From NCBI GenBank assembly GCA_964581115.1, contig CAZOMY010000006.1:314-64313 (forward strand): a DNA stretch of 64,000 nt, given 5' to 3'. The notes under the pieces were generated by a model, which saw only the letters and a program-made list of their open reading frames with translations, did no database searches and was not told where the DNA came from. Shown piece by piece: positions 57,783 through 64,000 of the stretch. The position numbers and the translations under genes were made by a program. The stretch comes from an uncultured Ignavibacteriaceae bacterium (GTDB lineage Bacteria; Bacteroidota; Ignavibacteria; UBA10030). How positions within the stretch are numbered: the stretch's first letter is position 1; each line of letters begins with the position of its first letter.

Positions 57783-58600
57783 GCCGGCCCGCTCATCGCG
57801 CACTTCTGCACACTGCACTGATGCTGGTTGCGCTTCTGACCATGACGCCGACGGTCTGGATGGTGGCGGCGTCATTCATGCAGTCCGGAGAGGCAAGCGG
57901 AACGCCGCCGCCGTTCCTGCCGGCGCGTCCGACCTTGGAGCACTATGCAGCGCTCACCGAGCGGATGCAGATGCCGACATACTTCTTCAACAGCTTGCTG
58001 ATCGCGTCGGTCGTGACGTTGGTCTCGCTCGTCGTCAATTCGATGGCCGGATTCGCCTTTGCCAAATACCGCTTTGAAGGTCGGGACCGGCTGTTCAGGG
58101 CTCTCTTGAGCGGGATGGTGGTGCCGGCGCAGGTGACGATGCTCCCGCTGTTCCTGATGATGAAGAAACTCGGTCTGGTGAATACCTACCTCGGTGCCAT
58201 GATCCCGGGGCTTGCCAGCATCTTCGGTATCTTCCTTCTCCGGCAGTTCGTCCGGTCGGTGCCCGACAGCCTGCTGGAGGCTGCCCGTATGGACGGCGCC
58301 GGCGAGTTCAGGATCTACCGCACGATCATCCTTCCGCTCTGCAAGCCCATCCTCCTGACGCTCGCCCTGTTCACCTTCATGGGCATGTGGAACGACTTTA
58401 TGTGGCCCCTCATCATCATGACCGATGACGCTCGATACACCCTGCCCGTGGCGCTGGCCAACCTCATGGGCGAACACGTCTTGGACTTGGAGCTGATGAT
58501 GGCCGGCTCGGTCATCACGGTCCTGCCTGTGGTCATCTTGTTTCTTGCCTTCCAACGCCACTACGTTCGCGGGATCATGCTCGGCGGCGTCAAGGAATGA
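57779..58600 (+). CDS. ABC transporter permease (MalG/UgpE-like, sugar)
   Basis: ORF 57680-58600. GTG at 57779 overlaps the previous stop. 6 TM helices. EAA motif LEAARMDGAGEFRIYRTIILP. No ATPase gene follows. Confidence 0.85.
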   Translation: MSRPAHRALLHTALMLVALLTMTPTVWMVAASFMQSGEASGTPPPFLPARPTLEHYAALTERMQMPTYFFNSLLIASVVTLVSLVVNSMAGFAFAKYRFEGRDRLFRALLSGMVVPAQVTMLPLFLMMKKLGLVNTYLGAMIPGLASIFGIFLLRQFVRSVPDSLLEAARMDGAGEFRIYRTIILPLCKPILLTLALFTFMGMWNDFMWPLIIMTDDARYTLPVALANLMGEHVLDLELMMAGSVITVLPVVILFLAFQRHYVRGIMLGGVKE

Positions 58601-58656
58601 GGCTCTGTCCGGAGGATCCCTGTTTGCTTGATCCGATCACCCAACCTGAGTCCGCT

Positions 58657-61600
58657 ATGAGAAGCATAAGCCTGTTTCTTGCAGTGTTCCTCGCAGCTTC
58701 AAGCGTCCCCGCGCGTGCGCAGTTGATCTATGCAGGTCTGGAGGCAGACGGCGATACCACCGTGTGGCGTGCCTTCCGATCTACAGGGGTGACGAGCGAA
58801 CGGTGCTCCGACGAGGGGCGCGAAGGTCCCGGCTTGCGGATTGATGTGAAGTTCCCTAAGGGCTCCGGCTATGGAGGGGTCTTCCGTACAGTCGAAATCC
58901 CGGTCGTGACCGACTTTCAGATCGTCTTCTGGCTCCGCGCAACGGTGCCGGTGAACAACTTTGAGATCAAGGTCAGCGACGATACCCTTGGCGAGAACAT
59001 CTGGTGGGTGAACCATCGGATGTACGCATATCCTGCAGGATGGAAAAAGCTCGTCGTCAAACGTCGCCACCTCAGCTTCGCCTGGGGACCGCGTCCGGCC
59101 GCGGCGCCGACGGTCCTGCGTCGCCTGGAGTTTGTGGTCACCGCGGGCTCGGGGGGCGAAGGAAGCATCTGGATCGACGACATTTCGATCGAAGAGGTAC
59201 CGCCGATACCCGACCCACTCCCACGGCCGAAAGCCTCGGCATCGAGCGGCGCGCCATCGGCCCGGGCGGCCCTGATTGGGATCGCTGGATCGTGGGACCC
59301 CGGCACGAAGGACAGTGCGTGGTGGCAGGTCGACTGGGGGTACCGGAGGGAGTTCGGCGGCGTCGAACTCGAGTGGGAGGCGGGGCAGACGCCGATCTCG
59401 TACGACCTTTTGACCTCAAATGACGGACGAGCGTTCGAGTCCGTTCGACGGGTCGAACGTGGTGGCGGAGGACGTCGCCTGGTGTTCACGCCCGAGTCCG
59501 AAGGTCGATTCCTTCGCGTGCATGTGCGAAACAACACGGGGGCCCGCCTTCCGAAACTGGCCTCTGTGGATGTCGTATCCTCAGAATCATTGTCGACCCG
59601 GAACGACTACGTCAGCCGACTGGCGCGTCAGCATCGGCGGGGTCTCTTCCCGCGGGGCTTCTTGAAGGAGATGTCATACTGGACCGTCGTCGGCGTTGCA
59701 GACGGACGGCAAGAAGGATTGATCGATGAGGACGGCGCATTCGAAGTGGATAAGCAAGCCTTCTCCCTCGAGCCGTTCGTCTCCCTCGAGCCGACGAAGC
59801 GCTTGATCACCTGGGCTGACGGAGCGTCCGACCAGTCGCTCGAGTCGGGTCGCTTGCCGATCCCGACCGTCAAGCGCAGGGCATCGGACATCGACCTCGA
59901 GATCACGCTTCTTGCTACGGGAACTCCCGAAGCAGCATCGCTGGCGGCTCGATACACGCTGAGGAACCGATCAGCATTGCCGATGCGAGGGACGCTCTGG
60001 CTGGCCGTTCGTCCGTACCAGGTCAACCCTCCTTCGCAATGGCTCAACTTCGACGGAGGAGCGACCTCGATCCGTTCCATCAGGTTCGACGGCACCTCGG
60101 CCGACGTTGACGGGCGTCTCGTACGAGTCTCGGGCATTCCCACGTTCGGAGCCTCGTCGATCGATGAGGATGAAGTGACGGTGCAATTGGCCGCGGGTGT
60201 GGGGCCACGACGGGCGTCCGTTGACGATCCGACCGGATTTGCGTCGGGTGCTTTTGGATGGCCGTTCGCTCTCGCGCCCGATGAATCGTTGGTCTGCGTT
60301 GCGGCCGTTCCATGGACCGATCGCAGTCCCTGGGCGGACCGCCCTCCCACTGTCGAGGAATTTGCCGCCGCGCTCGAACGTGAGCGCAGCCACTGGCGCG
60401 CTCGGACGGAATGGATCCGCTGGACGGTGCCTCCTTCGGCGAGGCGCGTGTTCGACGTGGTGCAAGCGACGCTTGGCTATATTCTCGTCAACAAGGATGG
60501 ATTCGGAATCCAGCCCGGGTCACGGTCATACGAGCGCTCGTGGATGCGCGATGGCACCATGACGTCCGACGCTCTCCTCAAGTTCGGCTTGACCGAGCCA
60601 TCGAAGGCGTTCATCGCCTGGATCGCGCCGTTTCAGTATGAGTCGGGCATGGTCCCATGTGTTGTCGACTCGCGCGGCCCCGACCCGGTGCCGGAACATG
60701 ACAGCAACGGGCAGCTGATCTTCGGGATCATGGAGGTCTTCCGATTCACACGCGACACCGTCTTCCTGCGACAGCACTTCCACCATATCGTCCGGGCGGT
60801 GGACTTCATTCAATCGCTCCGTGCCCTTCGGATGACGCCGGTGTTTCGCGATGGCAACTCGGAACAACGAGCCTTCTACGGCCTTGTGACAGAATCGATC
60901 AGCCACGAGGGATACTCGGCAAAGCCGATGCACTCCTACTGGGACAATTTCTTTACGCTGCGGGGACTCAAAGATGCTGCCGAAGCGGCGAAGGTTCTGG
61001 GTGATGATGTACGGACGGTGACCTTCGACAGCCTGTCGCAGGCGTTTCGCGTTGACCTGTACCGATCGATTGAACAGGCGATGAAAAACCGGGGGATCGA
61101 CTTCATTCCAGGGTGCGTCGAGCTTGGCGACTTTGATCCAACATCGACTTCGATCGCACTCTATCCGGGAGGCGAGTTTCGAGCGGTGCCTCAAGAGCCG
61201 TTGCGCAGGACCTTCGACCGGTACTTCGACTGGTTCATGCAGCGAGCCCGGGGTGAGATCAGCTGGGATGCCTACACGCCCTACGAAGTGCGCAACATCG
61301 GCACCTATGTGTATCTCGGGCAGAAGGACCGGGCCCACACGCTGCTCGATTGGTTCCTGCGCGATCAGCGTCCGTCCGGCTGGAATCACTGGGCCGAGGT
61401 GGTGACGCCGCATGCGCGAACGCCCCGGTTCATCGGCGACATGCCGCATACATGGGTCGGCTCCGACTTCTTGAACGCGGTGCGGGCCATGTTCGTGTAC
61501 GAACGCGATGACGATGGCGCCATCATCGTCGGCGCGGGCTTGCGCGATGCATGGGTGGAGGAAGGCATTGGCGTCCAGAACCTTCCCACCCATGCCGGCC

Positions 61601-61812
61601 CCATAACGCTCGACGTTCGTACGCCCGCAGAGCGCATCGTGGTCGCCCGTTTGGACGGCCAGATCGACCCGGCCAAGCATCCGATCCTCCTGTCGACCGG
61701 ACTCCTCACCGCAACGCTCCGCGGTGCTTCGGTGAATCGGGTCAAGGCGATTCCGGTCGATGGCTACCTGCGCATCGACCGACTTCCGGCCACCGTCGAA
61801 TTGGCATACTGA
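58657..61812 (+). CDS. Large secreted glycoside-hydrolase-like protein: N-terminal discoidin/CBM-like beta-sandwich domains plus C-terminal (alpha/alpha)6-barrel with GH15-like W-x-R-D motif
   Basis: ORF 58597-61812; ATG at 58657 gives the signal peptide MRSISLFLAVFLAASSVPARAQ. Two jelly-roll-like regions (IWIDDISIEE, FLRVHVRNN). The C-terminal roughly 550 aa carry ERSWMRDGTMTSDALLKFG (compare GH15 Y-x-W-x-RD), the helix-rich HFHHIVRAVDFIQSL and PHTWVGSDFLNAV. Confidence 0.45.
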   Translation: MRSISLFLAVFLAASSVPARAQLIYAGLEADGDTTVWRAFRSTGVTSERCSDEGREGPGLRIDVKFPKGSGYGGVFRTVEIPVVTDFQIVFWLRATVPVNNFEIKVSDDTLGENIWWVNHRMYAYPAGWKKLVVKRRHLSFAWGPRPAAAPTVLRRLEFVVTAGSGGEGSIWIDDISIEEVPPIPDPLPRPKASASSGAPSARAALIGIAGSWDPGTKDSAWWQVDWGYRREFGGVELEWEAGQTPISYDLLTSNDGRAFESVRRVERGGGGRRLVFTPESEGRFLRVHVRNNTGARLPKLASVDVVSSESLSTRNDYVSRLARQHRRGLFPRGFLKEMSYWTVVGVADGRQEGLIDEDGAFEVDKQAFSLEPFVSLEPTKRLITWADGASDQSLESGRLPIPTVKRRASDIDLEITLLATGTPEAASLAARYTLRNRSALPMRGTLWLAVRPYQVNPPSQWLNFDGGATSIRSIRFDGTSADVDGRLVRVSGIPTFGASSIDEDEVTVQLAAGVGPRRASVDDPTGFASGAFGWPFALAPDESLVCVAAVPWTDRSPWADRPPTVEEFAAALERERSHWRARTEWIRWTVPPSARRVFDVVQATLGYILVNKDGFGIQPGSRSYERSWMRDGTMTSDALLKFGLTEPSKAFIAWIAPFQYESGMVPCVVDSRGPDPVPEHDSNGQLIFGIMEVFRFTRDTVFLRQHFHHIVRAVDFIQSLRALRMTPVFRDGNSEQRAFYGLVTESISHEGYSAKPMHSYWDNFFTLRGLKDAAEAAKVLGDDVRTVTFDSLSQAFRVDLYRSIEQAMKNRGIDFIPGCVELGDFDPTSTSIALYPGGEFRAVPQEPLRRTFDRYFDWFMQRARGEISWDAYTPYEVRNIGTYVYLGQKDRAHTLLDWFLRDQRPSGWNHWAEVVTPHARTPRFIGDMPHTWVGSDFLNAVRAMFVYERDDDGAIIVGAGLRDAWVEEGIGVQNLPTHAGPITLDVRTPAERIVVARLDGQIDPAKHPILLSTGLLTATLRGASVNRVKAIPVDGYLRIDRLPATVELAY

Positions 61813-61814
61813 TC

Positions 61815-63659
61815 GTGCGAACGACCGGACCATGGTTGTTTCTTGCCCTCGTGGCGACGACCCTGCCAGTCGACGCACAAGAGGGTCGGATGGACACGTT
61901 GGCGATGATCGATGACCAGCCGGTGACCTCCCGCGACCTGTTCGAACGACTCCAACTGATGCCGTTCGAGGGCCGGATCGGAAACGTCGACATCGAAACG
62001 GCCAAGAAGCGGGCGGTGGCCTCGATCGTTGCCGAGCGCTTGTTGGCATCGACGATCGATGACGCTCCAGCGACCGAACGATGGCGTATGGGGTCCATGC
62101 GTTCAGTGCTGGAACGATTGTTCGTGCGGGATGCGCTGTTCCTGGATGAGGTGCGAGCAAAAGCCCGGGTGACGGAGGCCGACGTGAGCGCCGCACTGGC
62201 TCGGTACGGGGTGAAGCGCCGAATTGCCGTCGCTCGCTTGACCGATACCTCGTCCGCCTCGTCTCTTCGACTTCGATGGGAACAGGCGCGTGATCGAGGG
62301 GACGCCGGTCCGTCGCTGGTCCGCCTTCTACCGTCCCCACCGGATACGGTGGCGATCACGTTCGGGGCGATCGATCAGCCGCTCGAGGATGCTGCCTTTG
62401 CGCTTCGTCGTCCCCTGGACCTCTCCGTGCCGGTGGTTTCATCGCTCTTCGGTCCCGTTGCCGTGGCCTACGTTGACGAGCACGCCGATGCCGCCGCTCA
62501 ACGACTGTCCATGTCCGACCGGCGTGCAGCGGTCCGAAAGGTTCTCCAGGAGCGACGGGAGACCGAGCGTGTGCGTATCTTCACCGACAGCCTTCTGCGC
62601 GGTCACACGATGACGCTGGACTCGGTACTCGCCACGTCGATCGCTGTACGGATGCGCCAGATGATGCTCGAGGACACCCTTGCCCGCAGCGTGCCCGGAG
62701 GGTGGCGTCCCATGCCCGAGGATGTCTATCGGCTCATGCGAGAGCGATCAGAAGCCCTGACCCGGTCGTTCGTTCGCGGGTCGTTCGGCGAGGTGCCGCT
62801 GGGTGTCTTTCTCGAGTCGCTCCTGCACTACGATTTCGTCATTCCTTCCCTCCGACCGGCGTCGTTTGCAGTGTCATTTGCTCACATCGTGCGGACAGTC
62901 GTCGAGGCGGAGGTGGTGGCGTTGGAGGCATATCGGCGAGGACTTCAACATCGGGCCGAAGTGCGGCGTGACATCGCCCTTTGGATGGCGCATTGGCGGG
63001 CACGCTGGGCGGAGTATGCGATCGCTGAAACGGTAAGCATTCGCAAGGCCGATGCGGTGTTTTCGCTCTGGCGCTATCACACCTCACTTGCCGAGAATTC
63101 CTGCGTCCTGGACGTGCGCGAGATCCTTCGTCCGGATTCCATCAGCTCTGAGCGCATTGCGCAAGAGCTCCGTAGAGGTGCTCCCTTCGACTCGCTGGCC
63201 CGGCAATGGTCGACGCACGTAGCGTGGCGCTCGAACGGAGGTCGTTCAGGCCGCTTTCGATTCCGTGAGCACCCGGACGTGGCGTCTCGGGTCATGGATC
63301 TCGAGATCGGCGAGTGGAAGGGCCCCGTCCGAACGAGCGGGGGATTCTCGTTGATCCAACTTCTGGAGCGCTCTTGGGACAGCAGCCGGGAGACCGTTGA
63401 TTCACTGCTGGAGCGTGAAGCGCGGCGCGTACGGTTGGCCCGTCAACAGGCCGCTGTCGACGCTGCCGTAGCCGACCTGGCATCTCAACGAAGGGTGTGG
63501 ATCGATGAGGACCGCATCAAAGGTGTGGAGATCCAGCCGGTCAACATGATCACCCGGCGGATCATTGGGTTCGGAGGGCGGATCAATGCGGCCCCTGTTC
63601 TCTCTCCAAACTGGGGGTGGGTCGATCGTTGGAAGCAGGGGCGGGTTGCCGTTCCCTGA
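61815..63659 (+). CDS. Secreted PpiC/parvulin-type peptidyl-prolyl isomerase domain protein (SurA-like chaperone?)
   Basis: ORF 61551-63659. GTG at 61815 directly follows the previous stop and gives a signal peptide (VRTTGPWLFLALVATTLPVDAQ). The C-terminal region SNGGRSGRFRFREHPDVASRVMDLEIGEWKGPVRTSGGFSLIQLLE resembles the parvulin fold. The rest is Ala/Arg-rich helical. Confidence 0.45.
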   Translation: MRTTGPWLFLALVATTLPVDAQEGRMDTLAMIDDQPVTSRDLFERLQLMPFEGRIGNVDIETAKKRAVASIVAERLLASTIDDAPATERWRMGSMRSVLERLFVRDALFLDEVRAKARVTEADVSAALARYGVKRRIAVARLTDTSSASSLRLRWEQARDRGDAGPSLVRLLPSPPDTVAITFGAIDQPLEDAAFALRRPLDLSVPVVSSLFGPVAVAYVDEHADAAAQRLSMSDRRAAVRKVLQERRETERVRIFTDSLLRGHTMTLDSVLATSIAVRMRQMMLEDTLARSVPGGWRPMPEDVYRLMRERSEALTRSFVRGSFGEVPLGVFLESLLHYDFVIPSLRPASFAVSFAHIVRTVVEAEVVALEAYRRGLQHRAEVRRDIALWMAHWRARWAEYAIAETVSIRKADAVFSLWRYHTSLAENSCVLDVREILRPDSISSERIAQELRRGAPFDSLARQWSTHVAWRSNGGRSGRFRFREHPDVASRVMDLEIGEWKGPVRTSGGFSLIQLLERSWDSSRETVDSLLEREARRVRLARQQAAVDAAVADLASQRRVWIDEDRIKGVEIQPVNMITRRIIGFGGRINAAPVLSPNWGWVDRWKQGRVAVP

Positions 63660-63730
63660 ACCAGCATGTTCCGGCTTTCGCGTGAGCACAATCTCTCTAT
63701 ATTAGAGGGTCAGACCATCAGACTCACGCC

Positions 63731-64000
63731 ATGACGCTTTTCGACGCCATCCTTCTCGGTATCGTTCAGGGCCTGACCGAGTTCCTGCCGATCAGCAGCA
63801 CGGCGCACCTGACGCTGGGCGGCCGTGCGCTTGACCTGATCGATGCCGCGCATCCTGAACGATGGACCGCCTTCATCGCGGTCATTCAGCTTGGGACCCT
63901 CGTCGCCATTCTCATCTATTTCGCGAAGGATCTTGCGGCGATCGTTCGCGGCTTCGTAGTCGGCGGTCGTCGGTATCTGTCGGACCGGTCGCAGGGGTTG
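63731..64000 (+). CDS. uppP: Undecaprenyl-diphosphatase (UppP/BacA), 5' partial at window edge
   Basis: MTLFDAILLGIVQGLTEFLPISSTAHL is the canonical UppP N-terminus. The ORF runs off the end of the window. Confidence 0.8.
   Translation, partial: MTLFDAILLGIVQGLTEFLPISSTAHLTLGGRALDLIDAAHPERWTAFIAVIQLGTLVAILIYFAKDLAAIVRGFVVGGRRYLSDRSQGL

Noticed and set aside
60526-62340. 604-aa ORF on the minus strand, plus similar antisense ORFs at 35639-36733, 39437-40684, 11384-12580, 10072-11181, 25148-26041 and 19008-19637
   Set aside because: All are embedded opposite strongly supported plus-strand genes (GH3, T9SS protein, uxaC, kduI, DUF4954, serA-like). None shows conserved motifs. All are expected in about 65% GC DNA.
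1-64000. Mobile elements or genomic island (integrase, transposase, tRNA-adjacent boundaries, GC shift)
   Set aside because: No integrase, transposase or phage-like genes. No tRNA genes. GC content and codon style look uniform across the window apart from short AT-richer promoter gaps.

Overview
This is a high-GC (about 65%) bacterial chromosomal segment. It is densely coding, with roughly 47 supportable CDS and one partial CDS at the 3' edge. I saw no rRNA, tRNA, CRISPR array, integrase or transposase. The many long antisense ORFs in the track are high-GC artefacts. Gene content points to an FCB-group organism (Rhodothermota, Gemmatimonadota, Ignavibacteriota or Bacteroidota-like), but the phylum cannot be fixed from sequence alone. 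The supporting genes are three proteins with type-A T9SS C-terminal sorting domains, a PorV/PorQ-like outer-membrane protein, a TonB-dependent receptor with an N-terminal carboxypeptidase-regulatory-like domain, a Bacteroidota-type nagB-DUF4954 pair and DUF4861. The window has three blocks. (1) 0.2-12.7 kb is a hexuronate and pectin-derived sugar-acid catabolism locus: UxaE-like epimerase, DUF4861 lipoprotein, ExuT-like MFS transporter, UxuB-type SDR, Gnd, PdxB, a LarA-family protein, a KdgK-like PfkB kinase, KduI and UxaC. (2) 12.8-34.7 kb is mixed housekeeping and signalling: YchF, MgtC, GltS, an orphan MCP, a SerA-like dehydrogenase, an orphan PAS histidine kinase, ACP plus an ADP-forming acyl-CoA synthetase plus NagB plus DUF4954, LOG, an aldo/keto reductase, dCMP deaminase, NfeD/SPFH, a beta-lactamase-fold serine hydrolase and a long-chain acyl-CoA ligase. 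(3) 34.9-61.8 kb is a large glycan-utilisation locus and the most interesting part. It carries a GH3 beta-glucosidase, an autoregulated LacI regulator with a perfect 16-bp operator palindrome, a T9SS-secreted CBM-like protein, a SusD-less TonB-dependent receptor co-transcribed with a 1132-aa T9SS cargo protein and a PorV-like beta-barrel, a GH94 phosphorylase, two paralogous DUF3131/GH144-like (alpha/alpha)6 proteins (one with a T9SS sorting domain), a cytoplasmic GH2-like enzyme, an ABC importer (SBP plus two permeases, no ATPase) and a 1071-aa secreted discoidin-plus-(alpha/alpha)6 hydrolase. I interpret this as a candidate beta-1,2-glucan (sophoro-oligosaccharide) or related beta-glucan utilisation system with a hybrid T9SS, TonB and ABC architecture. 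A PpiC-type PPIase-like protein and the start of uppP close the window.
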